NCBI GenBank assembly: GCA_035255945.1
Contig: DATEZA010000319.1
Coordinates: 1,606 to 65,605, forward strand
Direction: 5' to 3'
DNA: 64,000 nt
Source: Thermoanaerobaculia bacterium
Lineage (GTDB): Bacteria; Acidobacteriota; Thermoanaerobaculia; Gp7-AA8
In this document: piece after piece, positions 12,041 through 20,502 of the stretch
Layout of the letters: each line of letters starts with the position of its first letter
Numbering within the stretch: position 1 is the first letter of the stretch
Notes under the pieces: model-generated
Database searches by the model: none
What the model was told of the DNA's origin: nothing
The model's input: only the letters and a program-made list of their open reading frames with translations
Made by a program: the position numbers and the translations under genes

Positions 12041-13914
12041 TCGCGATTCTGTTCGCCGCATTGCTGACACGCACGATCACTCCCGCGAACACAGGTCCGA
12101 ATCGCATCGATCCAGACGTCGAGCTCCTCGCCCACGCGCGGCCCGACCTCGGCGATCTGCGGCTCATCGACGCGAGCGGCCACGAAGTGCCGTACCTCGT
12201 GATCGCGCCCGCGTCGCACGATCCGAACTGGCTCGACGGCCGCGTGCTCCCGATCGCGAAAACCAAAACGACCTCCGGCTTCGAGCTCGACCTCGGCGCC
12301 GTGCACTCCATCGATCGCATCCGCATCGACGGCATCGCGACGCCGTTCCTTAAACGCGCGCAACTCGAAGGGAGCGGCGATCGCACGCACTGGACGATGC
12401 TCGCCGCCGACGCCACCGTCTTCGATCTTCCCGACGAAAAGCTGAAGAACGTCGAGATCGCGTTCGAGCCCGGCGACTATCGCTATCTGCGCATCACGTG
12501 GAACGATCGCAACAGCGCAGTCGTCACGAACGCCGGCGAAGTCTCCGCGCGACTCCACGATTCCAACACGCCGTCCGAGCCGGCGCGCGTACCGCTCGCG
12601 TTCCGCAAGATCTCGAGCGAGCCGCAGAAGTCGCGCTATCACATCACGCTGCCCGGCGCGCAGCTGCCGATCGCCGCAATCGAAGCGGCCGTGACGAACG
12701 GCGAAGTGTTCCGCGAAGCGTCGGTCTACGAGCCGCATCTCGAAAACGGCCGCATCCTTCCGCAGCTCCTCGGCACATCGACGCTCAAACGCGCGGAGCG
12801 CTTCGGCGGCGTCGCAGCCGACATGGCGGTGAAGATCGCACATCCGGGCGGCGTCGATCTCGAGCTCGTCGTCGACGACAGCAACAATCCGCCGCTTGCG
12901 CTCACCAGCATCGACGCGAAGCTCGCGCCGCTGCCCTGGATCTGGTTCGAAAGCGCCGACGGAGCACCGATCACCGCGCGCTACGGCGATCCGCAAACCA
13001 CCGCGCCGCGGTACGACCTCGAGGCCTCGCGCTCGACGATTGCGAAGAGCTCACCGCCCGTCGCGCGTTGGGAAGGCGTTGCTCATCCGACGAACGTCCC
13101 GCAGGAGACGACGACCATCGCATCGTTCCGCGGCGCGACGGTCGATCGCAACGACTTCCGCTGGGCACGTGCGATCCCGAGCTCGCCCGCGGGCGTCACG
13201 CGACTCGCGCTCGATGCCGATGTGCTCTCGCACAGCCGCAGCATCGCGGACGTGCGCATCGTCGACGAGAAAGACCAGCAGATCCCGTACATCGCCGAAT
13301 ATCCGGCGTCGCCGCTCACGCTCGCGCTGAAAGTCCCGGAGCGTGCGGCCGACGGGAAGAGCTCGCGGTATTCGTTCGAGCTGCCGTACGACACGCTGCC
13401 CGAGGGCTCGCGCATCGTGTTCACGACCTCGGCGCATGTGTTCGAGCGCGCGGTCACGCTGCGCAAACCGGCGGATGAGAGTCATGGCCGCGAGCCGGCG
13501 ACGATCGACAGCGCGACGTGGAGCAGCAATCAGCCCGAGGTCGCGCCGCCGGTGCTCGTGTTCGGCCTGCCGCGCGCGAAGCATGTCGAGCTGCTCGTCG
13601 ACGAAGGGGACAACGCGCCGCTGCCGCTCACCTCGGCGACGATCGAGATGCCGGCCGTCGCGCTGCGCTTCTACAACTCCGGAGCTCCGCTCACGCTGCT
13701 GTACGGCAATGCGCGCGCCTCGGCGCCGCAATACGATCTCGCGCTGCTCGCGCCGCGCGTCCTGGGCGAGCCGGCGCACGACGTGATGCTCGGCGCGATG
13801 ACTGGGCCCGGTGCGGAGCCCGGCTCCGTCGACGCAAAGATTTTCTGGCTCGCACTCGCGCTCGCAACGGTCATCCTGCTCGCGATCCTCGCGCGCCTCG
13901 TGCGCTCCCGCTAA
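12037..13914 (+). CDS. DUF3999-like protein (N-terminal signal/anchor, large periplasmic beta-rich region, C-terminal TM anchor)
   Basis: The 625-aa product starts at an ATG overlapping the DUF2339 stop. Its C-terminus is hydrophobic (IFWLALALATVILLAILARLV). DUF3999 is a recurrent partner gene of DUF2339. Confidence 0.55.
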   Translation: MIAILFAALLTRTITPANTGPNRIDPDVELLAHARPDLGDLRLIDASGHEVPYLVIAPASHDPNWLDGRVLPIAKTKTTSGFELDLGAVHSIDRIRIDGIATPFLKRAQLEGSGDRTHWTMLAADATVFDLPDEKLKNVEIAFEPGDYRYLRITWNDRNSAVVTNAGEVSARLHDSNTPSEPARVPLAFRKISSEPQKSRYHITLPGAQLPIAAIEAAVTNGEVFREASVYEPHLENGRILPQLLGTSTLKRAERFGGVAADMAVKIAHPGGVDLELVVDDSNNPPLALTSIDAKLAPLPWIWFESADGAPITARYGDPQTTAPRYDLEASRSTIAKSSPPVARWEGVAHPTNVPQETTTIASFRGATVDRNDFRWARAIPSSPAGVTRLALDADVLSHSRSIADVRIVDEKDQQIPYIAEYPASPLTLALKVPERAADGKSSRYSFELPYDTLPEGSRIVFTTSAHVFERAVTLRKPADESHGREPATIDSATWSSNQPEVAPPVLVFGLPRAKHVELLVDEGDNAPLPLTSATIEMPAVALRFYNSGAPLTLLYGNARASAPQYDLALLAPRVLGEPAHDVMLGAMTGPGAEPGSVDAKIFWLALALATVILLAILARLVRSR

Positions 13915-14296
13915 GGAGCGCGGACGTCTCGTCCGCAGTCGCTGCGCGTCTCGCGCGGCGACTTTATGCCCGTGCTCCGCAGGACACCACGTAGTCGCGA
14001 TGCGGCGACTTACCTGCGTGCCAGGCGAGACGCCTGACACGTGCGGGCAAGATGCCCGCGCTCCGAGGGACACCACGTCGTCGCGATGCGGCGCGCGGCT
14101 CGTGCGCTCACGCTGTGGAGCGCGGACGTCTCGTCCGCAGTCGCTGCGCGTCTCGCGCGGCGACTTTATGCCCGTGCTCCGCAGGACACCACGCGGTCGC
14201 TATTCGGCGACTTACCTGCGTGCCAGGCGAGACGCCTGACACGTGCGGGCAAGATGCCCGCGCTCCGCGGGACACCACGTCGTCGCGATGCGGCGC
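13893..14296. repeat. Tandem duplication (2 x 202 bp) that includes the 3' end of the DUF3999 gene; each unit holds two copies of a 43-bp sub-repeat
   Basis: The unit starting ggagcgcggacgtctcgtccgcagtcgctgcgcg at 13915 recurs at 14117. The sub-repeat atgcccg(t/c)gctccg..ggacaccacg..gtcgcgatgcggcg occurs four times, near 13955, 14050, 14157 and 14252. Confidence 0.8.
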
Positions 14297-14577
14297 GCGG
14301 ACCATTTCGGAAACGCGCGGGTCAGCCAGACGTAGCCGAGCATCAGCACATTCATCGCGACGACGAGCGCGATCGAGTCGAAGCGCGACATCAGCGGCAC
14401 ATGCGCCGCGGGCCAGCGAATGAGCAACGCGTCGACGCCGGCGACGAGCAGCAGTTGCGAGATGTCGCGGAACAGTGCGCGGCGGCGTGCGCGGCGGATC
14501 GCCGGCCGCGGGTCGCAATGAACGACCGGCGGGCAGCCGCGATGGGAGATGCCGGGGAGCAGTTCAGATCGGGGCAT
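14212..14577 (-). CDS. Hypothetical small hydrophobic protein (speculative)
   Basis: The 121-aa ORF has a hydrophobic core (LLLVAGVDALLIRW...IALVVAMNVLMLGYVWL). Its 3' end runs into the tandem repeat. It could be a spurious ORF in GC-rich DNA. Confidence 0.2.
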   Translation of the reverse strand: MPRSELLPGISHRGCPPVVHCDPRPAIRRARRRALFRDISQLLLVAGVDALLIRWPAAHVPLMSRFDSIALVVAMNVLMLGYVWLTRAFPKWSARRIATTWCPAERGHLARTCQASRLARR

Positions 14578-14645
14578 CGCACCCGGTGCAGCAACCGGGT
14601 GCGTCCGATTATTTCAAATAACTGTTCAGCTTACCGCGATTGGGA

Positions 14646-14722
14646 GGCCCTCATCCGGCCTTCGGCCACCTTCTCCCCGCAAGCGGGGCGAAGGTCAATG
14701 GTGCCGAAGGCGGGTGAGGGGC
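14646..14722. repeat. Family-B hairpin element (core TCTCCCCGCAAGCGGGGCGAAGG flanked by imperfect outer inverted repeats)
   Basis: ggccctcatccggccttcggccacc ... ccccgcaagcgggg ... ggtgccgaaggcgggtgaggggc is followed by TTTT. It abuts the stop of the minus-strand gene 14726-15988 and probably acts as a terminator. Confidence 0.75.
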
Positions 14723-14725
14723 TTT

Positions 14726-15988
14726 TCACCGCATCCGAATGGTCTGCCCGATGTAGTCTCCGTCCGCGTCCCGGTACGCCTTCACCACCACCGCATCTCC
14801 TTTTTTCAGCTTGTCCGCAGTGGTGTGCGTCCCGGCCTTCTGTCTCACGACGAAGTCATCCGTAACATAGATGTGGAACTGCGCACCGGTCTTCGATTCG
14901 GTCACGATCAGCGTCGGCCCATTCGTCAGCGTGTCGCTCACCGTTCCCCAGATCGTCGCCACCGCGAGCACTGCGGGCGGCGCGACTACCGGCCCGGGCG
15001 TCGGACCCGGCAGCGAGTTGTCGTTCGCGTCGACGAACCGCACGGTCGTCGCGGATAACAGATCGGGAGTCGAGCCGAACGAGCCGGTGATCGTCACGCG
15101 ATCGCCTGCCTGCACGTCGCGCGCGCGGATGCGGGCACCGCTCGCGTCGTACGCATTCGTCAGGTCGACACGTACTTCGCCGCGTCCGGTATCGACGCGC
15201 ACCATCTCCGTCGCGCGATCGATGCGCGTGATCCGGCCTTCGACCTGGGTCACGCTGCGCGTCGTGCCGCCCTCCTGAATGCTCCGCACCACTTCCATCG
15301 AGCGCGCCGTCACTTCACCGCCGGTGGTCGAGGTCGACTGCGGCTCGATGCGCACTCGATCGCCGATCTCGAGGTTGCTGATCTGATACGTCTGACCGCC
15401 GTAGAACACTGGCGTGTTGCGCGTCGCGCGGATGGTCATCATCTCGCGGCGATCGGTCTCCACCACGACGCGTCCTTCGTCCGCATTCACCTGCCGCACG
15501 ACGCCTTCGACGCGGCCGTAGACCGTGACATCGGACGCCGAAGGCGCGGTGGTCGGCGTCGAGATCGTGTTCGGCGGACGCGTGTCGCCGACGCCGGTCG
15601 GGCCCGCAGGAACGCTGCGGCCGAGGAGCGTGACGAATTCCGCGCCGATGGCGTGATTGCCGCGGCCGATGCCGCGCACCTCCACGCGGTCGCCGAGCCG
15701 AAGATTGCTGAAGCCTTTGGTGCCGACGAAGATCTCCGGCTGGCCGTTGATGACGCCGCCGAAGCCGTTGTACTGCGTCGACACGGTATCGGCGATGACC
15801 GGAACACGCATGTGGATGTCGTTGTCGGGCGAGAGTTGGAACCGGCTCGCCCCTTCCTCGATGTCGACGATGGAGCCGACGATCGATCCGCGGGCGCCTT
15901 CGCCGACGTCCGACGCTGTCCGCCACTGAGGACTACTTTGTCCGAAAGCGGACAGAGCGAGCACGCAGAGCACGAGGATTCGTCTCAT
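14726..15988 (-). CDS. Secreted protein with tandem beta-rich repeats (DUF5666-like)
   Basis: The start was chosen at MRRILVLCVLALSAFGQSS (a signal peptide) with an AGGAGG Shine-Dalgarno 6 nt upstream. Recurrent GDRVxVxG / GRVxxV motifs suggest about five repeated domains. Confidence 0.6.
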   Translation of the reverse strand: MRRILVLCVLALSAFGQSSPQWRTASDVGEGARGSIVGSIVDIEEGASRFQLSPDNDIHMRVPVIADTVSTQYNGFGGVINGQPEIFVGTKGFSNLRLGDRVEVRGIGRGNHAIGAEFVTLLGRSVPAGPTGVGDTRPPNTISTPTTAPSASDVTVYGRVEGVVRQVNADEGRVVVETDRREMMTIRATRNTPVFYGGQTYQISNLEIGDRVRIEPQSTSTTGGEVTARSMEVVRSIQEGGTTRSVTQVEGRITRIDRATEMVRVDTGRGEVRVDLTNAYDASGARIRARDVQAGDRVTITGSFGSTPDLLSATTVRFVDANDNSLPGPTPGPVVAPPAVLAVATIWGTVSDTLTNGPTLIVTESKTGAQFHIYVTDDFVVRQKAGTHTTADKLKKGDAVVVKAYRDADGDYIGQTIRMR

Positions 15989-16029
15989 GAAAACCTCCTG
16001 AATAGCAGTAAGCACGCCTATCGCGTTGT

Positions 16030-16124
16030 GTCATTCCGAGCCGCGAAGACGGTCGAGGAATCCCCTGCCGAAGCACGATGAGCGCTCCGTCGGCAGGGGA
16101 TTCCTCGACTTCGCTCGGAATGAC
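16030..16124. repeat. Family-A inverted-repeat element (variant termini GTCATTCCGAGC ... GCTCGGAATGAC)
   Basis: Arms of about 45 bp (gtcattccgagccgcgaagacggtcgaggaatcccctgccgaag / cgtcggcaggggattcctcgacttcgctcggaatgac) lie between the guaD stop and the start of the secreted repeat protein. Confidence 0.75.
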
Positions 16125-16131
16125 ACGATCA

Positions 16132-17442
16132 TCATCGCGCCGCGACTTTTCGTCCCGCAATCCACGCCTCACGTACGACGCGATCGTCACCCATGAAGAT
16201 TAGACCGGCCAGGAGGTCTTCAAGTGACGATGCCCGGTCGCTGCGCATCGAAATGAGCGGCGTGGCGTGCAGGTCGAGGACGATAAAATCGGCCGATTTT
16301 CCCGCTTCGATGCTCCCCGTTTCCTTGTCCAGCGACAACGCGCGCGCGCCGCCGAGGGTCGCCAGATACCAGAGCTGAAACGGACTGAGCGACACGCCCT
16401 GCACGATCTGCACTTTGTACGCGTCGGCCATCGCGGTGAGCATCGACGGTGTCGTTCCAGCGCCGATGTCGCTGCCGAGCCCCACCCCGACGCCTGCCTT
16501 CAGCACGCGGAACAGCGGGAAGAGGCCGCTGCCGAGGAACAGGTTCGAGTTCGGACAGTGCGAGATGCGCGAGCGGCGCTGGCTCAGCAGATCGAGCTCT
16601 TCGTCGCTGAGGTAGACGCCATGTGCGAGCACGGTTTTCTCGTCGAGCAGGCCGTAGTCGTCGTACACATCCGCGTACTCGGCCTCGGCGAAGAGCTGCT
16701 GCACCCAGAGCACTTCGTTGCGATTCTCGGAGATGTGCGTGTGGACGTACGCGTCAGGGAACTCGCGCTTGAGATCGCCGGCGAAGCGAAGCAGCTCCGG
16801 CGTCGATGTCGGCGCGAAACGGGGCGTGATCGCGTAACGGAGCAGTCCGCGGTTATGCCATTTCGTCAGCAGCTCGCGGCTCTGGTCGTACGACGTGCGC
16901 GGATCCTCCAGAAGAAAATCGGGCGCGTTACGATCCATCATGTTTTTGCCGATAATTCCGCGGAAACCGCGGCGTTCGGCCTCGGCGAAGAAGATCTCGG
17001 TCGCTTCGTAGTGGATGGTCGAGAAGATCAGAGCGCAGAGCGTGCCGTTGCGCAGCAGCTCGTCGAAGAACAAGCGCGCGATCACTTCCGCGTGCTTCGG
17101 ATCCGCGAACTTCGCCTCGGTCGGAAACGTGTAGCGGTTCAGCCACTGCAGCAGATCGCCGCCGTACGAGCCGATCATCTCGAGCTGCGGCGCGTGCAGA
17201 TGCGTGTCGAAGAAGCCGGGCGAGATCAGCGCGTGACGGCCGAGGTCGGTGACTTCGCCTTCGGGACGATCGTTCCAGTCGCCGGCGCCGGCGATCCGTC
17301 CGTCATCAACAGCGAGGTACCCGTCTTCGTATGTGCGATAGGAGCTCGCGATGTCGCCCGACGCGAACGGATCGGACAGAGGCGTAAAGATCCGCGAGCG
17401 GAAAATCTGCACGGGCGAATTGTACGCGGTGCTCTGACACAC
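16132..17442 (-). CDS. guaD: Guanine deaminase (amidohydrolase superfamily)
   Basis: The 436-aa product has metal-binding motifs (FFDTHLHAPQ, HTHISEN, HCPNSN, GLGSDIGAG) and a size and pattern typical of GuaD. Confidence 0.6.
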   Translation of the reverse strand: MCQSTAYNSPVQIFRSRIFTPLSDPFASGDIASSYRTYEDGYLAVDDGRIAGAGDWNDRPEGEVTDLGRHALISPGFFDTHLHAPQLEMIGSYGGDLLQWLNRYTFPTEAKFADPKHAEVIARLFFDELLRNGTLCALIFSTIHYEATEIFFAEAERRGFRGIIGKNMMDRNAPDFLLEDPRTSYDQSRELLTKWHNRGLLRYAITPRFAPTSTPELLRFAGDLKREFPDAYVHTHISENRNEVLWVQQLFAEAEYADVYDDYGLLDEKTVLAHGVYLSDEELDLLSQRRSRISHCPNSNLFLGSGLFPLFRVLKAGVGVGLGSDIGAGTTPSMLTAMADAYKVQIVQGVSLSPFQLWYLATLGGARALSLDKETGSIEAGKSADFIVLDLHATPLISMRSDRASSLEDLLAGLIFMGDDRVVREAWIAGRKVAAR

Positions 17443-17446
17443 GGGT

Positions 17447-17543
17447 TTCGGCGGCGCAACGTCGCCTCCGGTCTATTTTCCGGGCGCGAATGCAAGCATT
17501 CGTGCCCGGGCGCGTGGCGACCGGAGGCGACGGTGCGCCGCCG
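17447..17543. repeat. Long near-perfect hairpin (about 25-bp outer arms plus nested inner arms) between the TPR-TlpA stop and the guaD start
   Basis: The arm cggcggcgcaacgtcgcctccggtc pairs with gaccggaggcgacggtgcgccgccg (1 mismatch). An inner pair is gggcgcgaatgc / gcattcgtgccc. Confidence 0.65.
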
Positions 17544-17549
17544 AGACGT

Positions 17550-19481
17550 TCACTTTCTCAAGACGTCAATTCGCCAGCTGAATTGGTCGACGAGCTTTTC
17601 CGTCCACCCTTCTTTTTTGAAGGCGATGCGTCCTTGCGGATCGAGGAACCAGGTGGTCGGGTATGCGAGCACGCCCGATCGATGCGCCCAGCCATCGTCG
17701 AGAAGGACCGTGAAATCGTAGTGATTGTCTGTCATCCATTGACGCACGATGGACGGATCGCCGTCCGTGTCGACGGTCACAATCCGCACCCGATCGTCGT
17801 CCGCATAGCGCTTCGCAAGCTTCACGATGTCGGGCATTTCCTTCACGCACCAGCCGCACCAGACGCCCCAGAAATTCACAACCGCGACCTTGCCCTTCAA
17901 ATCGGCAAGCGAGAGCGTGCGGCCGTCGAGTGTCTTCAGACGGAACTCGGGAGCACGCACCGGTTTCGCGATGCGCGACTCGAGCACGCGCTGCTTGCTC
18001 GCCGCCGTTCCGTTCGAATCGACACGCACGAGATACGCATCGAAGCCGGCGAGCGTCTTGTGCTTGCGTCGATAGAGCGCTTCGAGCGCGGCGCGATTCG
18101 GATTCACGCCGTTCGTCTGCAGAGCTAATCCCTCGCGGTAGAGCTGCTCCGCCTCGGTGATCTGCTTCTCTGCTTCATACGTCCGCGCGAGGTGGTAGAC
18201 GATCGCCGCGCTCTCCGGATAGAGCTCGCGCGCGGCGAGGATCTCCTTCTGCGCCGCGCTCGTGTTGCCGCGCGCGAGCCAGACCCAGCCGAGCGTGTCG
18301 TGCACCATGCCGCGAAGGTACCGCTCCATACGCTCGCGGGACTCCGGCGGGTCGTTCTGAAATCCGAGCAGATAGCGCTCGTTGAGATCGATCAACCTGC
18401 GCGCGACACGATCGGCGTAAACGAGGTCGAGCTTGCGGTCGGTGAGCTTCTGCACGGCGGAAGAAAGCTGCGGCACGTAGTTGACCGTCAGCGGAATGTT
18501 GTGCACCAGCGCGACGAGCCGCGCATCGTCCTTTTCATCGCGCAACAGCACCGAGCTGGCGGTGGCGATGGCATCCGGATCGCGGCGGTACGGGTAATCG
18601 AGCACGTCGCGCCACGTCGCGTTCGACTTCGCGCGCGACATCAGCACGGTCAACGCCTGCGCGCTCGCCGGCGCTTCGCGCAGGATGCGGTCCTGCACCT
18701 CGCACATACGATCGTTCATCTTCAGCTGCTGATAGCCGCGCGCGGCGAGCGACAACACGTACGGATCGCCATCCGAATCGCGAATCCATGCTTCCAGCTC
18801 GGCGGCATTCGGGAGTTGCAGCGCCATGACATAACGCGACAGCTTCGCGGCGCTCTCGAGCAACGGCTTCGCTTCATCGCGACGCCGAATCTGTTTCAGC
18901 ATCGAGCCGAGACGGTTAAGCGCGGCGATGTTCGACGGATCGATTTTCAGCGCTTCGCGATACGCCGCGATGGCCGGCTCGTCCTGCAGCATCTCGCCCT
19001 TCGCCACCCACACCCGCGCGCTCGGCGGAACCGCGTCGAGCAGGCGCATGGCGGCGTCGTGCTCGGCGATGCTGTTCAGCGCAACCGCGCGCGCGATGAC
19101 CAGCGCTTCATCCGTTTCGGATGCGAGCTTCTCCGCGGCGAGCTTGTTGTCGTCGAAGTGATCGAGATCCTCCCGATACTCATGAGCGATGGCGAACCAG
19201 GTCCATGCGCTCTCCGGATGCGTCGCGCGCATCTCCTCCGCGAGGCGCGTGGCTTCGAGGTCATCGATGTGCTGCAGATTCCGGATGAACCAGGCGTGCT
19301 GTTCGTCGGACGCCCCATCGGCGGCGGCGGAAAAATCAAACCTCTCGTATGCCTGCTGCTGCAAGGTAGTGGTCGTGGTGGTGTAGGGCAAGCTCTCAGC
19401 TTGCCCCTGTGACAAGCTGAGAGACGATGACAAGCTGAGAGCTTGTCCTACACTGGCGGCTAGGAAGAAAAGCGCAAGCAT
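17550..19481 (-). CDS. Exported TPR-repeat protein fused to a C-terminal TlpA/ResA-like thioredoxin domain (WCGWC active site)
   Basis: The start was chosen at MLALFFLAASVGQA (a signal peptide). A central helical TPR region is followed by a C-terminal VAVVNFWGVWCGWCVKEMP thiol-disulfide oxidoreductase motif. Confidence 0.65.
   Translation of the reverse strand: MLALFFLAASVGQALSLSSSLSLSQGQAESLPYTTTTTTLQQQAYERFDFSAAADGASDEQHAWFIRNLQHIDDLEATRLAEEMRATHPESAWTWFAIAHEYREDLDHFDDNKLAAEKLASETDEALVIARAVALNSIAEHDAAMRLLDAVPPSARVWVAKGEMLQDEPAIAAYREALKIDPSNIAALNRLGSMLKQIRRRDEAKPLLESAAKLSRYVMALQLPNAAELEAWIRDSDGDPYVLSLAARGYQQLKMNDRMCEVQDRILREAPASAQALTVLMSRAKSNATWRDVLDYPYRRDPDAIATASSVLLRDEKDDARLVALVHNIPLTVNYVPQLSSAVQKLTDRKLDLVYADRVARRLIDLNERYLLGFQNDPPESRERMERYLRGMVHDTLGWVWLARGNTSAAQKEILAARELYPESAAIVYHLARTYEAEKQITEAEQLYREGLALQTNGVNPNRAALEALYRRKHKTLAGFDAYLVRVDSNGTAASKQRVLESRIAKPVRAPEFRLKTLDGRTLSLADLKGKVAVVNFWGVWCGWCVKEMPDIVKLAKRYADDDRVRIVTVDTDGDPSIVRQWMTDNHYDFTVLLDDGWAHRSGVLAYPTTWFLDPQGRIAFKKEGWTEKLVDQFSWRIDVLRK
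19381..19452. repeat. Nested palindromic cluster inside the 5' coding region of the TPR-TlpA gene
   Basis: gggcaagctctcagcttgccc and gacaagctgagagcttgtc are perfect hairpins (8-9 bp stems), flanked by gtgtagggcaagct / agcttgtcctacac. They encode the low-complexity peptide GQALSLSSSLSLSQGQAESLP. Confidence 0.7.
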
Positions 19482-19495
19482 GGCTTCGCAGACGT

Positions 19496-20467
19496 GTGGA
19501 CGTGTCGCATTATTACCTGCCTGTGCCCGTAGGACTGGACCCCCAGCTCGAAGCGCTCGTCGCCGCACGCAACGAGTCGCAGCGCGCAATCGCGATCGAG
19601 CAATTGCTCACGGAAGTCGCCGATCCGGTGATTCGCAGGAGTTTGTTCCATCGCCTCGGCACGCGCGAGCCGGAGCTCGATGACATCCGCGGCGGCGTGA
19701 TGCTGCGACTGGTCCGCAAGCTCGATGAGCTGCAGCGCGGCGCGAGCGAGCCGATCGGCAGCTTCGCCGATTACGTCGCGATCGTGACATTCCACGCTGC
19801 GGACGACTTTCTCCGCCGCAAGCAGCCGCAGCGGGCTCTGCTGTCGAATCGCATTCGCTATGTGCTCACGCACGATGCACGCTTCGCGCTCTGGCAGATC
19901 GAGCGCGAGCTGGTGTGCGGCCTGGCGAAGTGGCGCGATCGTCCGGCGCGCCCGCGCCCGCTCGATCCGGCGGATGTCGAGGAGCGTCAGCTCGCCGACT
20001 CGCTCGACCGCATCTTCAAACGCAGCGGCGGACCGTTGCCGTTTCAGGAAGTCGTCGTGCTCTTCGCATCGGCATCGGCCTCGGAGATCAATCTGTCGAT
20101 CGAGGACGTCGATCTGCACGAGCTCGCGCCGTCCGCATTCGAGCAGCTCGCGTCGAAGCAGACCGCGGAGCACCTGTGGCGCGAGATCGAGCAGCTCCCG
20201 CCCCGGCAACGCGCCGCGCTGCTGCTCAACCTGCGCGAAGTAGGGGGCGGCAGCGCGATTCCGTTGGTGACGGTGACGGGACTGGCAACTTCGGATCGGA
20301 TCGCGGAGCTGGTCGGCATTCCGGCCGGGGAGTTGGCCTCAATCTGGAACCAGCTGCCCCTCGACGACAACACCATCGCCTCGCGCCTCGGCGCGACGCG
20401 GCAGCAAGTCATCAATCTCCGGAAGTGCGCCCGGGAGCGGCTGGCCAGGCGCCTTTCGAAACGGTAA
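19496..20467 (+). CDS. ECF-like sigma-70 family sigma factor with an extended inter-domain linker
   Basis: The 323-aa product has a region-2-like segment (DIRGGVMLRLVRKLDEL...FADYVAIVTFHAADDFLRRK) and a region-4 HTH (RQRAALLLNLRE...TIASRLGATRQQVINLRKCARERL). The start is uncertain because it lies only 14 nt from the divergent gene. Confidence 0.55.
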   Translation: MDVSHYYLPVPVGLDPQLEALVAARNESQRAIAIEQLLTEVADPVIRRSLFHRLGTREPELDDIRGGVMLRLVRKLDELQRGASEPIGSFADYVAIVTFHAADDFLRRKQPQRALLSNRIRYVLTHDARFALWQIERELVCGLAKWRDRPARPRPLDPADVEERQLADSLDRIFKRSGGPLPFQEVVVLFASASASEINLSIEDVDLHELAPSAFEQLASKQTAEHLWREIEQLPPRQRAALLLNLREVGGGSAIPLVTVTGLATSDRIAELVGIPAGELASIWNQLPLDDNTIASRLGATRQQVINLRKCARERLARRLSKR

Positions 20468-20502
20468 TCAAAGCCGGGCGCACGCGTCTTTGTGAGGTGA
20501 CC

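Noticed and set aside
9709-13914. 1401-aa ORF in frame 1
   Set aside because: This is an artefact of an open frame overlapping the DUF2339 gene. Only its 3' portion from the ATG at 12037 is the real DUF3999 gene. The upstream part is Arg-rich nonsense.
13893-14296. Possible CRISPR array (regular 43-bp repeats about 95 bp apart)
   Set aside because: The would-be spacers are themselves repeated identically, because the whole 202-bp unit is duplicated. Repeat spacing and length are atypical, and there are no cas genes nearby.
17443-17549. Purine riboswitch upstream of guaD
   Set aside because: The leader forms one long hairpin, not the three-way junction with conserved loop motifs of the purine aptamer.
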